From the sequence record NC_010105.1: a DNA stretch of 64,000 nucleotides; one strand, given 5' to 3'. The translations under genes were made by a program, and so were the position numbers. Positions 20,401-30,524 of this stretch are shown here, in pieces (the first letter of the stretch is position 1; every line of letters begins with the position of its first letter). Source of the DNA: Escherichia phage JS98. The notes under the pieces are model-generated. The model saw only the letters and a list, made by a program, of their open reading frames with translations, was not told where the DNA came from and ran no database searches.

Positions 20401-20533
20401 GCATAGTCCATTGTTTGACCAAAGTGCTGTGACTTTTGCCAATTGGCGTGCACTGGTTGATAAGCGTCTTAAAGACGATATTGGAAATCCTAGAGACCCT
20501 AAAGTTCCAACTCAGGTAAAAATTAATGATTAA
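17438..20533 (+). CDS. 7: gp7 baseplate wedge initiator
   Basis: 1031 aa (T4 1032), synteny. Confidence 0.85.
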   Translation: MSVQAPYVTSLRIDKLSANHVSILWDDVGANFYYFVELAQTKDAGVEIPDDRLFWRNLGYTPNNEWFEEAFISPNSFYKMRVAVAAQGFEQSEWVYTEEFETFSTNAYTFEHMREFTLSNKFIEEKFTKNNQNYVNFNTDAIMASLMTEDFNFTPAYSHLSSISNYVLKADRFHEIQGSIQAVCKDPRRSILMELGGVLYLLERFQSTAKVSNDKGQNWHYIRLFNDRVGNPVSRTAHYQTETTTYVLGYDQIFYGRKSSDIRWSADDVRFSSQDVTFAKIGSDIDLPFEIEIFGSYAKLPLPISTIAEAMCASDDFIYVAGRDRVYKAKTSEAPIDTDPSSPTYGEKIFESGYSTITGNPKAVCYKLDSIQGHTFALITGEVKEEKMDPTVEANVIDSESKGVYWLDVETDTWTRVFGNTEEERRRIEHGYTSMSTDGEELFFSSSNFRYEVEVDSELPWKYPEIVTSAVKYVKDEQWIHNKHYLMMSFRSNSKSDFKEFKPGRMAYYAEPFFSWSRRDGTRSWITTGDHAMVVYNDALYQKIIDLNSGSSPERIVHEIWNKGFCKVTSPNIEFNGFKKYSSGMMIHKSTGELVGYFEFDYRVRDEVRVIWKPKEIMFTAELQNQEHEIPWAPKEETGEQDPDLKPLLVKMVPDSYLLQDSNFEKFCEYYLQFISDGSGTHYNNLLNLIRNQYPREEDSWEYLWSEIYKRNIYLSKEKRDEVVRFFQARQSDFWSTKGTEASYKFLFKLLYNEDVEIDIESKNSIEYDIIVESDNISEDIVGQTIYTPTGRSNVTYIERNYKDGKLQWRLTIHNLLGRFIVGQEIKSERTSFKGMIVQGVRGKELLSNNIDYINRNRSYYVMTIKSNLPTSRYRNDVLRFVHPVGFGFIGITLLSMFVNVGLTLKHTETIINILKNYKWDSGLPSEWYDRVAVIGFDGNIERDPRTGAPMYNVGPKAGEPFDIPADYDAENDFSVFQGQLPHERIKKHSPLFDQSAVTFANWRALVDKRLKDDIGNPRDPKVPTQVKIND

Positions 20534-21530
20534 TTCTACAGTAGTTTATCGTTCTATTGTTACTTCAAAATTTAGAACGGAAAAAATGTACAACTTTTAC
20601 AGAACAATAGGTGATGGCGAAGACCAGAACACTATGTATGTATCTTTCGGAAGGGCCCGACCATGGGCCGATAACGAAAATGACCCTGGTTTTGCACCAC
20701 CCTATCCTGTAGATGATTCTGAAGGCGTAGAAGACGTCTGGACCAACATGATGGGTTGTGTTAAGGTTTATAAGAGTATGCTGGATTGTGTTGTCCCACG
20801 CAAAGACTGGGGTGACACAACTTATCCTAACCCATTTACTTTCCAGATCGGCGAAATTGTGGTAGCGAATAGCCAGCCACAAAACCGTACTGATGTAGGT
20901 GCCGGGTGGATGGTTTATCGTTGTGTAGATATTCCTGAATCAGGTACATGTTCTATTTTGTCCCTTGATAATAAAACCGAGTGTATTAAACTTGGTGGCA
21001 AATGGACTTCAAATGTGCAATCAGTTAAAGCCCCAGCAGGACAGGGTGATACGGAAGGTATGGTGGATACTGGTGATGGATATCTCTGGGAATATTTGTA
21101 TGAGATTCCACCTGATGTAAGTATTAACCGATGCACTAATGAATATATTGTAGTTCCATGGCCAGAAGAAATTGCTGAGGACCCAGAACGTTGGGGATAT
21201 GAGAATAACCTCACTTGGCAACAAGACGATTATGGATTAATTTACCGTATTAAAGCCAATACTATTCGCTTTAAAGCATTCTTAGATTCGGTTTATTTCC
21301 CTGAATTTAGTTTGCCAGGCAACAAAGGTTTTAGACAGCTTTCGATAATTTCTAACCCGTTAGAAGCTAAAGCTCACCCATCCGATCCGATCATTAAAGC
21401 CGAAAAAGAGTATTATGATGTTATAGACCTCTCCCGCCACTCCGGTGAAATGATTTATATGGAAAACCGTCCTCCGGTTATTCGTTCCATGGACCAAACA
21501 GAAGAAATTAACATTGTCTTCGAATTCTAA
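20526..21530 (+). CDS. 8: gp8 baseplate wedge subunit
   Basis: 334 aa as in T4, synteny. Confidence 0.85.
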   Translation: MINSTVVYRSIVTSKFRTEKMYNFYRTIGDGEDQNTMYVSFGRARPWADNENDPGFAPPYPVDDSEGVEDVWTNMMGCVKVYKSMLDCVVPRKDWGDTTYPNPFTFQIGEIVVANSQPQNRTDVGAGWMVYRCVDIPESGTCSILSLDNKTECIKLGGKWTSNVQSVKAPAGQGDTEGMVDTGDGYLWEYLYEIPPDVSINRCTNEYIVVPWPEEIAEDPERWGYENNLTWQQDDYGLIYRIKANTIRFKAFLDSVYFPEFSLPGNKGFRQLSIISNPLEAKAHPSDPIIKAEKEYYDVIDLSRHSGEMIYMENRPPVIRSMDQTEEINIVFEF

Positions 21531-21531
21531 T

Positions 21532-21557
21532 AAGGGCCGCAAGGCCCTTTCGGGTTT
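21532..21557 (+). terminator. rho-independent terminator after gene 8
   Basis: GGGCC-GCAA-GGCCC followed by TTTCGGGTTT. Confidence 0.55.
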
Positions 21558-21591
21558 AATAAATACAGTATATCAATAATGAGGCATACCT

Positions 21592-22452
21592 ATGATTAAG
21601 CAAACTGGTAAAGAACTAATTGACGTCGGTGAAATTGGTAATGCCAGCACCGGCGACATTCTTTATGACGGCGGTGTTAAACTGAACACTGACTTAAACA
21701 ACATCTATAATACTTTCGGCGACCAACGTAAAACAGCTTTAACCGGCGAATTGACCGGCCAGAAATTACACGCTACAGGGTATTATCAAAAATTTGGTGA
21801 TATGGACCAAGCAAGCTCGGTTGATTTAGGCTCTTTGGTGGATATCGATGCTTCTAGCGGTTCTATCGTATTAACCACTGTAAAGGGTGCAGTTGGTGAA
21901 GGAATTGAGATTATCAACTCTAACGGAAGTATTTCATCTACTAACTATCTTGAAATCCGTATATTAGATACTTTTGCAAGTCATCCTACTTCAACCCTGC
22001 GTATTGTAACCCCTTATACCCGAGTTCTTTTATGGTGCGTATCGGATACAAACGGTGTTGCGGTATGGGATTATTCAATTGAAAGCATGTTTGGTGATAA
22101 ACGAGTTCCATTAAATAAGACATATAATATATCTTCTGTCGCTCGTGATATCCCGGTGGTTTATTCAGGTCAGTATTCATTGGTCAAACTTTTAGTTACT
22201 GCAGTGAATGCCAACGAAACCATTTACAAAGCTTCAGAATATCTTGTGTTTATCGACAACCAAGCTAAAAAGATTTATTCCACTGAATACGCAGTTATTA
22301 AACGTGGACAAACTTCAGATGATGACGAAATTTATTCTCTAGATTTTAAATTCGATACATCAAACTATATTATCGCGACCGCTTCTTCTGTCAATCCTAT
22401 GAGGCTTGCAATTAAGGTCGTAGAAACCCAAACTATTGGAGTTCCAGTATAA
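21592..22452 (+). CDS. 9: gp9 baseplate wedge tail fiber connector
   Basis: 286 aa, synteny. Confidence 0.85.
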   Translation: MIKQTGKELIDVGEIGNASTGDILYDGGVKLNTDLNNIYNTFGDQRKTALTGELTGQKLHATGYYQKFGDMDQASSVDLGSLVDIDASSGSIVLTTVKGAVGEGIEIINSNGSISSTNYLEIRILDTFASHPTSTLRIVTPYTRVLLWCVSDTNGVAVWDYSIESMFGDKRVPLNKTYNISSVARDIPVVYSGQYSLVKLLVTAVNANETIYKASEYLVFIDNQAKKIYSTEYAVIKRGQTSDDDEIYSLDFKFDTSNYIIATASSVNPMRLAIKVVETQTIGVPV

Positions 22453-24263
22453 TGAAACAAGACTTAAAAGTAGGTTCCGCTGTTGATGACGGGTCCGGTG
22501 ATTACCTGCGTGCAGGTGGTCTTAAAATTAATAACAACTTCAATGAGCTTTATTACCAATTAGGCGACGGCAATAACCCACATGCCGCAGGCGCTTGGAA
22601 ACAACATTCTACTGAAGACGGTGCTTTGTTGAATGCCGTAATGGGCCATAGCTATACCCTTAATACCCAGGGTGGGCGTATTAACGTCCAGCTTCCTAAA
22701 GGCTCTCCTGAAGAATATAACTTTGTTATCCGTGTACGTGACGTGTATTCTTCATGGCAAGCTAACCCAGTAACCTTAATCCCTGCCACAGGTGATACCA
22801 TTAAGGGTTCAGCTACTCAAGTTGAAATTGCTCGCAACTTCTCTGACCTTGAATTGGTTTATTGTGCGCCTGGTCGTTGGGAATATGTTGAAAATAAGCA
22901 AGTAAACCGTATTCCAAATAACGACCTTGCTACCGTAGCAACTAAACAGTTTATTGCAACTGAAGGTCAAACAGATTTTCTAGATGTTTTCCCTGGCCTT
23001 TCTTACAACGTAGCAAGTTTAAGCGTTTCACAACGTGGTAACAATTTGTTCTATGGTGTTGATGATATTTTTGATGCTGCTACCGCAGAGTTTGGTTCTC
23101 CAGGTGCTCAACCAGGCGAATTGGTTGCCTTGAATGGTAAGGACATTCGTTTAAAATATCCATGCGAAGCAGGTGATACTGTTATTATCAAATCGTATAA
23201 TGACGGACTTGCCCAATGGCGCAGTTCTTATAACCGCCGTGATATAACAATCAAAAGTTCAGAATTGACTAAAGACGTTTCTGTTCCTGGCTCTTCTTTC
23301 GTGGGTGATTTGAGTACTTCACATGTTATATCAGCAGCTGATTTGAATATTTCCGTTAACAGTCCTATCAACCCAAATGCTTGCCAAGTCATGCTTAATA
23401 GCACATTACTTCATCAAGCTGGTACTGCTGGCCTTCCTTCGTTTTATTGTGAAGGTGCCGACGGACGTACTGCTACCGAGTGTTTTAATGCAGGTGGGCA
23501 ATGGACCCAATCTAAATCAGACTATATTTTTAATTTGACCCCTGAAGATAAGATTGAATCCATCGAATTTGGACGTGACTTTGAACATGGTGATATTCTT
23601 ACGGTAATTTGGTATAATAACGATATCGGCACCACCATGGAAATTGATGAGATTTTGGATTATACCAATAACATCTATATTTCTAAAGGCCCTTCTATTG
23701 ATATATCAGGCCAGGTTCGTATCACTGATGTAGATAATCCTTTTGCACCTAACGTTGAACCTGTCGCCCCATCTAATATTACAATAGATACAGCATCGAC
23801 ATTTTTTGATTTAATTTACCCTGTAGGAACCATCTATGAGAACACGGTGAACCCTAATAACCCTAAAACTTATATGGGCTTTGGTTCATGGAAGCGTTTA
23901 TCTGATGTGTTCTTGGTAGGTTGGTCTCCTGACGCTGGTTCTTTGTTTAATGCAAATAATAACGACCTGGATTCAGCGGGTGTTCCACAATCAACTGCAG
24001 GCGGGACTGGTGGTGCTCATGTGGCTAATTTGAAATATGAGAATATCCCAGAACTTAATACAGATGATAAAGTCCTTATTGCTGATAACGATGGCCCTAT
24101 TTTTGTAGGTGGATGTTTAGTTGACCCTGATTCACAAGGACCGGCTTATACAAAATATCGTGAAGATAAAGCCAGTATTAATAAGGCTCAAGGGACCACT
24201 CCTATCCCGGTTAATACTCTACCACCATACTTAACTGTTCATCGCTGGATGAGGATTGCATAA
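22452..24263 (+). CDS. 10: gp10 baseplate wedge subunit and tail pin
   Basis: 603 aa, synteny. Confidence 0.85.
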   Translation: MKQDLKVGSAVDDGSGDYLRAGGLKINNNFNELYYQLGDGNNPHAAGAWKQHSTEDGALLNAVMGHSYTLNTQGGRINVQLPKGSPEEYNFVIRVRDVYSSWQANPVTLIPATGDTIKGSATQVEIARNFSDLELVYCAPGRWEYVENKQVNRIPNNDLATVATKQFIATEGQTDFLDVFPGLSYNVASLSVSQRGNNLFYGVDDIFDAATAEFGSPGAQPGELVALNGKDIRLKYPCEAGDTVIIKSYNDGLAQWRSSYNRRDITIKSSELTKDVSVPGSSFVGDLSTSHVISAADLNISVNSPINPNACQVMLNSTLLHQAGTAGLPSFYCEGADGRTATECFNAGGQWTQSKSDYIFNLTPEDKIESIEFGRDFEHGDILTVIWYNNDIGTTMEIDEILDYTNNIYISKGPSIDISGQVRITDVDNPFAPNVEPVAPSNITIDTASTFFDLIYPVGTIYENTVNPNNPKTYMGFGSWKRLSDVFLVGWSPDAGSLFNANNNDLDSAGVPQSTAGGTGGAHVANLKYENIPELNTDDKVLIADNDGPIFVGGCLVDPDSQGPAYTKYREDKASINKAQGTTPIPVNTLPPYLTVHRWMRIA

Positions 24264-24928
24264 TGACTTTAACTGAAATGAAAAGCGGGTTAAAATCCCG
24301 CTTAGCTGACTATTTGGAATTATCTTACACCAGTGACAAGCCTACTGCTGTTGCTGACCAACGACCTATCGGTGGGCCTTCTGCAAACCAAACCCAGAAG
24401 GGTGTTTATTTTCCTACAGTCCAAAGTGCAATAGATGATATTGCATTTAGAACAGAGCTTCCTGTGAACTCTGTTATTATTACCACAGAAAACAGAGCAC
24501 CTGGATTTATCCAACAATCTGATAAAATTACATTCACCGGTTCTATTTCTTCAGGCGGCGAACTTGGAGACCCGGTTATTATTAAAGTGTTTGGACTTCC
24601 TGTAGAGGTCTTAGTTGGTGATTCATCTGTATTGGTTGCATCTAAAGTAAATGATGTATTTTTAGACGCCATTGCTAATAGCTATATTTTAGCCGAAACA
24701 GCTATTGACGCCTTAGACCAATCTACCTTGAATATTAAATACAATGACTATCAGAATCATATTTTTTCACCATATAAACAATCGGGTTGTACAATTTCCC
24801 ATACTATAGTCCAGCAGCCAAGGGCCGGATATGGTAAGTGGGAATACTTAGGTAACTCTACCCAATCGTTAGCAGGTGGTACAGTTAACGGCACGATTCC
24901 TTTATATTACTATAAGAGATTATATTAA
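24263..24928 (+). CDS. 11: gp11 baseplate wedge subunit and tail pin
   Basis: 221 aa, synteny. Confidence 0.85.
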   Translation: MTLTEMKSGLKSRLADYLELSYTSDKPTAVADQRPIGGPSANQTQKGVYFPTVQSAIDDIAFRTELPVNSVIITTENRAPGFIQQSDKITFTGSISSGGELGDPVIIKVFGLPVEVLVGDSSVLVASKVNDVFLDAIANSYILAETAIDALDQSTLNIKYNDYQNHIFSPYKQSGCTISHTIVQQPRAGYGKWEYLGNSTQSLAGGTVNGTIPLYYYKRLY

Positions 24929-26454
24929 TGTCAACAAACACACTAAAACACATTAGTGATAAATCGGAATTCAAATCATTCGACCCTACTGGGTCGAATT
25001 TCCCGCCTGATATTACTAATGTTCAAGAAGCATTGGCGGCTATTTCATTAATCGGTGTCACGGGTAATGTTCCTTCAGCCACAGAAACATCCCAAGGTAT
25101 TATTCGTCTTGCCACAACACAAGAAGTAATGGATGGGTTGGATGCTTATAGTGCAGTGACTCCAGCAACTTTAAAAGCACGTTTAGATATTCCTACTCAG
25201 GCAACAGAAACTTATGTAGGTATTACCCGTTATGCTACTAATGCTGAAGCTATAGCAGGCACAGAGCCCCAGGCTGCAATCGTAGCAACCTCTTTGAAAG
25301 CGGTAATGGATTATACATTTGAGAACCGTTTATCAACAGAGAACACTACAGGCGTTATCAAGATTTCAACTACACCTGCTGCATTAGCTGGTACCGATGA
25401 TACCACAGCAATGACCCCGCTTAAAGTATCTCAAGCAATTGGTGCGGCCACAGCAGCGTTACCGGTTTATTCTACGGCAACGACCACAAATGAAGGTTTG
25501 GTTCGTTTAGCTACTAATGCTGAAGTTGGCAATGGAAGTCTTTCGGTAGGTATTGCTATTTCTCCAGCCGGATTAGCCACATTAACTTCCACCGAAGCCA
25601 GAAGTGGTATTATTAAACTCGCAGGTTGGGATATGGTATCTAATGGTACTGACCATACTGCCGCTGTTACTCCGGCATCTTTGCTAGCTCGTACAGGTAA
25701 TACAGGACGAATTGGCTTGGTGCGTTTAACTACTACAGTAGGACAAGGCGATGGTAATACGGCCCTGGCTTATAATGCTAACGTTATTTCTACTTCAGGT
25801 GGTGAAATATGGGGTACTTTAAACGTTAATGGCGCATTACGTCGTAATGGTGTTGATGTTGTTACCCATGACCAATTATCAGATAGCGTTCCAGTAGGTA
25901 CTATTTGTATGTGGGGTGGACATGAAGGTAATATCCCAGGCAAATGGCGAGCTTGTGTAGGTGGGACTTATACTGGTGGTGCATATTTAAATGCTGTTGG
26001 TGGACGTTGGGGATGGTGGGGTGCTATTCCAGATTTCCGTGGATTGTATCCTCGCGGCGCTAACATGGTTGGTGGATATTCTGAAGGTGAAGTTAACCCA
26101 CATATTGCCGGTAACCGAGGAGAAGACGGTAAAGGTAAAGCCCGTTTAGGTAACGGTGTAGGTTCGTTCCCACAATCTTCTGTTCAAGCCCAAGCATTAC
26201 GTTATCATAAACACGCCGGTGGTTTTGGTGAACATGATAACTATGGTGCTTTTGGTAACACCGCTAACTCTGGGTATGTTGGTACTCGTAAAGGACTTGA
26301 CTGGGATAACCGTAGTTATTATACTAACGAAGGGTTTGAGACCACTGAACCTTGGAACCGTGATGGCCATACCACACTGAATAGTGAAGGACTTATTGCA
26401 AATGAAACACGTCCTTGGACAATGTCCGTTCTTTTTATTATTAAAGTAGAATAA
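24928..26454 (+). CDS. 12: gp12 short tail fiber
   Basis: 508 aa, synteny; internal repeats of about 40 aa (ATNAEAIAG..., ATNAEVGNG...). Confidence 0.85.
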   Translation: MSTNTLKHISDKSEFKSFDPTGSNFPPDITNVQEALAAISLIGVTGNVPSATETSQGIIRLATTQEVMDGLDAYSAVTPATLKARLDIPTQATETYVGITRYATNAEAIAGTEPQAAIVATSLKAVMDYTFENRLSTENTTGVIKISTTPAALAGTDDTTAMTPLKVSQAIGAATAALPVYSTATTTNEGLVRLATNAEVGNGSLSVGIAISPAGLATLTSTEARSGIIKLAGWDMVSNGTDHTAAVTPASLLARTGNTGRIGLVRLTTTVGQGDGNTALAYNANVISTSGGEIWGTLNVNGALRRNGVDVVTHDQLSDSVPVGTICMWGGHEGNIPGKWRACVGGTYTGGAYLNAVGGRWGWWGAIPDFRGLYPRGANMVGGYSEGEVNPHIAGNRGEDGKGKARLGNGVGSFPQSSVQAQALRYHKHAGGFGEHDNYGAFGNTANSGYVGTRKGLDWDNRSYYTNEGFETTEPWNRDGHTTLNSEGLIANETRPWTMSVLFIIKVE

Positions 26455-26463
26455 GGGTAAAAA

Positions 26464-28719
26464 ATGATTAACAAATTGGAACTTAGTGAGTTACCATTTG
26501 TTGACGGCGTACCTGATGCTCCTCAAAAGCGTATCCAATGGATACGCGAGGGTGATTGTATGTCTGCAGCAAAAACAAAATACGGCAATGAAGGTAATTT
26601 GAACGCTGCTGCTTTAGGAGTTCAGAAAAACGTAGAAGCTCTTGATGCCAACGATTTAAAAACTGCTGATAAAGTTAATGAGCTTATAGAAAACGTTAAT
26701 AATATCAATGACGCTTTAGAAATGTCAACAGATATTTCTATCATTCAACAAATAGAGAAAAACCGTGTTGATATTGTAGACCTTAAAAAAGTCACCGAAG
26801 ATACAACAGAAAAATTAGACACCTTAACAACCAATTTTGATTTCTTGCGTGAAGATGTTGGATACCATGACCCTTTACAAGACGGCCCATATTTAACTGT
26901 ACGTGAAAATATTGTTCTTCTTAAAAATGAAATTGGTCACTATGAGGACCAGGATATAAACGGTAATCCTTTACCTCCGGGTGAAACTAGTGAAGCCACT
27001 GGTATAAAACGCCGCATCATGGATAATACCACTGAATTGGTGGACCACCGTCTTCGTATTGATACCCTTGAAAGAAACTATGAAGATTCTGATGTTGGGC
27101 AATTAGGTATTAAACTAAATGAAATTCGTGCCGAATTAGGACCACATTCTGATACGGTAGGTAAACAACCCGCTTACACCCGAATTTCAGTATTAGAAAC
27201 GGCTGCAGTTAATTTTAATACGGCTATTGACGAAATTAAGGATAATATTGATTTCTCTGGTATGCCTATAAAGGACCGAGTAACTACTTTAGAAAGCAAA
27301 ACCTTTACCTTAGAAAATTCAGTTAACGTTGATTTAAAACCTAGAGTAACTTCTATAGAAACTCAAATCGGTTCTGAGTCTGCACCAGCATCTATTAATG
27401 GACGTTTAAGTGGGCTTCGTACTGATGTAAATGATTTAAAAACCGTTGTTGGTAATAGTTCTAGTGAAGGGCTTCGTTTCCAGGTTTCCGATATTAATCG
27501 ACGCCTTGGTAGTGAAGTGTCTCCTGCAGCTGGCACTATTAATAAGCGTTTGAATGATGTTATTATTCAAGCAAACCAATCTACCTCATCCATCCAGGAT
27601 ATTCAGGTAGAAATTGGTAACAACCAATCCGGTATAAAAGGTACTTTGCTTAAGCTCACAAATAAGGTTGACGGAACGAACCCTAACGGAGCTACCGTAG
27701 AAGAACGTGGTCTTATTAATGCGGTTACTTCTTTAGAAACCCAGATGCAAGGTAAATTAGGTGACGCGCCTTCTGATGGTAAACTCTATGCACGTCGAAA
27801 TGCGGCATGGGCTGAAGTTGTTAATAATTCCACAGAAATAGAAACTGTTAAAGCCGATTTGGTTGTTACTAATGGTAAAGTGACCGCTTTAACTTCTAGA
27901 GTAGATGATAACGATACTTCTATTTCATCTCTTAATACTCGCACCACTGCTCTAAATACTTCGGTTGGTGAGATTAAAGCCGATATAGTTACTATAAAGG
28001 CCAAAGATGTTGAACAGGACGGTCGTTTAACTTCTTTGGAAGAGGCTGATGTTACTATTAACGGTAAAATTGCTGCTCTTGAAACTAAGACAGATACCAC
28101 TGATGATGATGTCACAGCACTGGCTTTAGACGTTTCTTCTTTAGAGAACCAATTGACTCCTATAAAAGCCGATATTACCAAAAACAAAGGTGATATTGTT
28201 GCCTTAACTGGTCGAGTGGCTTCTACTGAAGGTGAAATTACCGCAATTAAAGTTGATACAGCCAAAATTGCTCCTTTAACAACTAGAGTTACTACGGCAG
28301 AAGGTAAAATCACTACTTTAGAAACAGGGCTTGCCGCTGTTAAAGTCGAATCCGATAAAGTAGCAGGAATCAATACCCGCCTTGGCACTGCAGAAGGTGA
28401 CATCGGAACACTTAAAACAGGGTTGGCTGAAGTTAAGGGTGAATCCGATAAAGTAGCAGCTATAGATACCCGTTTGGGTGTTGTTGAAGGCGAAGTTGGT
28501 ACTCTTGAAACAGGTTTGGCTGCTGTTAAAGTTGAATCTGATAAAGTTGCTGACTTAGGAACCCGTTTAACCGCTGCCGAAGGTAAAATTACAGCCTTAG
28601 AAACAGAATTATCTAAACGTCCACCGGTGGCTCCTGCCGCAGACGGACTTCCGTATGTTCTGGTTGATAACGCATGGGTATTATTGTCTGATTTTGTGAC
28701 TTTAAACTCAGCACCATAA
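26464..28719 (+). CDS. wac: fibritin (whisker/neck protein Wac), extended
   Basis: Long coiled coil; C-terminal foldon-like DGLPYVLVDNAWVLLSDF; 93-bp tandem repeats near 3' end. Confidence 0.85.
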   Translation: MINKLELSELPFVDGVPDAPQKRIQWIREGDCMSAAKTKYGNEGNLNAAALGVQKNVEALDANDLKTADKVNELIENVNNINDALEMSTDISIIQQIEKNRVDIVDLKKVTEDTTEKLDTLTTNFDFLREDVGYHDPLQDGPYLTVRENIVLLKNEIGHYEDQDINGNPLPPGETSEATGIKRRIMDNTTELVDHRLRIDTLERNYEDSDVGQLGIKLNEIRAELGPHSDTVGKQPAYTRISVLETAAVNFNTAIDEIKDNIDFSGMPIKDRVTTLESKTFTLENSVNVDLKPRVTSIETQIGSESAPASINGRLSGLRTDVNDLKTVVGNSSSEGLRFQVSDINRRLGSEVSPAAGTINKRLNDVIIQANQSTSSIQDIQVEIGNNQSGIKGTLLKLTNKVDGTNPNGATVEERGLINAVTSLETQMQGKLGDAPSDGKLYARRNAAWAEVVNNSTEIETVKADLVVTNGKVTALTSRVDDNDTSISSLNTRTTALNTSVGEIKADIVTIKAKDVEQDGRLTSLEEADVTINGKIAALETKTDTTDDDVTALALDVSSLENQLTPIKADITKNKGDIVALTGRVASTEGEITAIKVDTAKIAPLTTRVTTAEGKITTLETGLAAVKVESDKVAGINTRLGTAEGDIGTLKTGLAEVKGESDKVAAIDTRLGVVEGEVGTLETGLAAVKVESDKVADLGTRLTAAEGKITALETELSKRPPVAPAADGLPYVLVDNAWVLLSDFVTLNSAP
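28276..28608 (+). repeat. 93-bp tandem repeat (about 3.6 copies) inside wac
   Basis: Units start at 28321, 28414, 28507; encode 31-aa repeats GLA(A/E)VK(V/G)ESDKVA..TRLG..EG..GTL.T. Confidence 0.7.
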
Positions 28720-28720
28720 T

Positions 28721-28742
28721 AAAAGGGCTTCGGCCCTTTTTT
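28721..28742 (+). terminator. rho-independent terminator after wac
   Basis: AAAAGGGC-TTCG-GCCCTTTTTT. Confidence 0.6.
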
Positions 28743-28744
28743 GC

Positions 28745-28752
28745 TATAAATA
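28745..28752 (+). promoter_or_regulatory. late promoter TATAAATA (gene 13)
   Basis: Exact TATAAATA right after the wac terminator. Confidence 0.6.
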
Positions 28753-28773
28753 CGGTTATTAGAGGAATAAAAC

Positions 28774-29709
28774 ATGGCAAGTGAATCATATAACCCTAAG
28801 CAACTCAAGGACGCTATTCTGCGCCGCCTGGGTGCACCGATTACAAATATTGAAGTAACTACTGACCAAGTATATGATTGCATCCAGAGGGCTCTAGAGC
28901 TCTACGGCGAATACCATTATAACGGGTATAACAAAGGTTATCAGGCTTTTTATATCGGCCATGACGATGAAGAAAAATTCCGTAATGGCGTATTCGACCT
29001 TAAAGGACGTAATATATTTGCAGTAACACAAATTTTGAGAACTAATGTAGGTTCTTTAACATCTATGGACGGGCAAGCAACTTATCCATGGTTTACAGAT
29101 TTTGTACTAGGTTTGGCAGGTATTAATGGTGGTCTTGGGTCTTCATGTAACAGCTTTGGACCTAATGCCTTCGGCGCTGACCTTGGTTATTTTACACAAT
29201 TAATGCAATATCGTTCTATGATGCAGGACCTTTTGGTTCCACTGCCTGATTATTGGTATAATGATGCCACTGAACAATTGAAGGTAATGGGCAACTTTGT
29301 TAAAGGCGACTTTATTGTAATTGAAGTTTATACCCGTTCATTTAATGGCGTTGATTCCATGGTCGGGAATACAGCAGGATATGGATACGCTTCCGGTGGC
29401 TGTGACGAAAATGAATGGAGTCCTGGGGCTATTTGGGACAATCCTGCACGTCGAATTTCAGGAATGAGAGCTGGTGAGGACCTTGGACTACAAGATGGTG
29501 CGTATAATAACCGTTGGGTCAAAGATTACGCTACGGCATTAGTTAAAGAGGTCAATGGTAATATTTTAGCCAAACACCAAGGTATGCAATTAGCTGGCGG
29601 AACCACTGTAGATGGCATTCGATTGATTGAAGAAGCTCGTTTAGAAAAAGAACGTCTTCGCGAAGAATTAGATTTGCTCGACCCACCAACACCTATTTTA
29701 ATTGGATAA
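28774..29709 (+). CDS. 13: gp13 neck protein
   Basis: 311 aa, synteny; late promoter 28745-28752. Confidence 0.85.
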   Translation: MASESYNPKQLKDAILRRLGAPITNIEVTTDQVYDCIQRALELYGEYHYNGYNKGYQAFYIGHDDEEKFRNGVFDLKGRNIFAVTQILRTNVGSLTSMDGQATYPWFTDFVLGLAGINGGLGSSCNSFGPNAFGADLGYFTQLMQYRSMMQDLLVPLPDYWYNDATEQLKVMGNFVKGDFIVIEVYTRSFNGVDSMVGNTAGYGYASGGCDENEWSPGAIWDNPARRISGMRAGEDLGLQDGAYNNRWVKDYATALVKEVNGNILAKHQGMQLAGGTTVDGIRLIEEARLEKERLREELDLLDPPTPILIG

Positions 29710-29711
29710 TT

Positions 29712-30485
29712 ATGGCTACTTTCGATTCGAGTTTATTTGCTAAGCTGGAAAATAACACCGGCTATGCTAACACGAACGAAACTGAAATAATGAACCCTTT
29801 CGTCAACTTTTATCGCCATGAGAACACTCAAACATTGGCTGATGCTTTAGTTGCTGAGTCTATTCAAATGCGTGGTATCGAGCTTTATTATATACCACGC
29901 GAATACGTTAATCCTGACCAGCTATTTGGCGAAGACCTTCAGAACAAATTTACTAAAGCCTGGAAGTTTGCGGGTTATTTGGATTCCTTTGAAGGTTATT
30001 CCGGTGACAATACTTATTTCAGTAAGTTCGGTATGATGGTTAATGATGAAGTAACAATCACAATTAACCCTAACCTTTTTAAACATCAATGCAACGGTAC
30101 TGAACCTGTTTCAGGTGATTTGATTTATTTCCCAATGGATAACAGCCTATTTGAAATTAACTGGGTTCAGCCTTATGACCCATTCTATCAAGTCGGTACA
30201 AACGTCCAGCGTCGCATTACTGCTACCAAGTTCATTTATAATGGTGAAGAACTTCGTCCTGAATTACAGAGAAATGAAGGCATTAATATTCCTGAATTCA
30301 GTGAGCTTGATTTAATGCCTGTTAAGAATATTGATGGGTTGGCTGATATCTCTGATATCCAATATGAAGAGGTTAATGAGATTAATGCTGAAGCGGCGGA
30401 ATTCGTACACCCTTATGTAGTGATTAACGGTAGAGGAGAAGATGCTCCTCCTACAGCATTTGATGATGCTTTTTTAGATGATTAA
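29712..30485 (+). CDS. 14: gp14 neck protein
   Basis: 257 aa, synteny. Confidence 0.85.
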   Translation: MATFDSSLFAKLENNTGYANTNETEIMNPFVNFYRHENTQTLADALVAESIQMRGIELYYIPREYVNPDQLFGEDLQNKFTKAWKFAGYLDSFEGYSGDNTYFSKFGMMVNDEVTITINPNLFKHQCNGTEPVSGDLIYFPMDNSLFEINWVQPYDPFYQVGTNVQRRITATKFIYNGEELRPELQRNEGINIPEFSELDLMPVKNIDGLADISDIQYEEVNEINAEAAEFVHPYVVINGRGEDAPPTAFDDAFLDD

Positions 30486-30492
30486 ATAATAC

Positions 30493-30514
30493 ATGGCGCA
30501 TCCCGCGCCATTTT
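30493..30514 (+). terminator. hairpin terminator after gene 14
   Basis: ATGGCGC-ATCCC-GCGCCAT-TTT. Confidence 0.45.
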
Positions 30515-30524
30515 AGGAGGTTTG

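Noticed and set aside
26464-28719. CRISPR array or mobile element as explanation for the repeats
   Set aside because: Repeats are in-frame 93-bp coding repeats within wac with no spacer/repeat alternation; no transposase, integrase or homing-endonuclease motifs were seen anywhere in the window.
27786-28883. 365-aa minus-strand ORF
   Set aside because: Antisense to the repetitive 3' part of wac; Ser/Thr/Ala-rich low-complexity translation.
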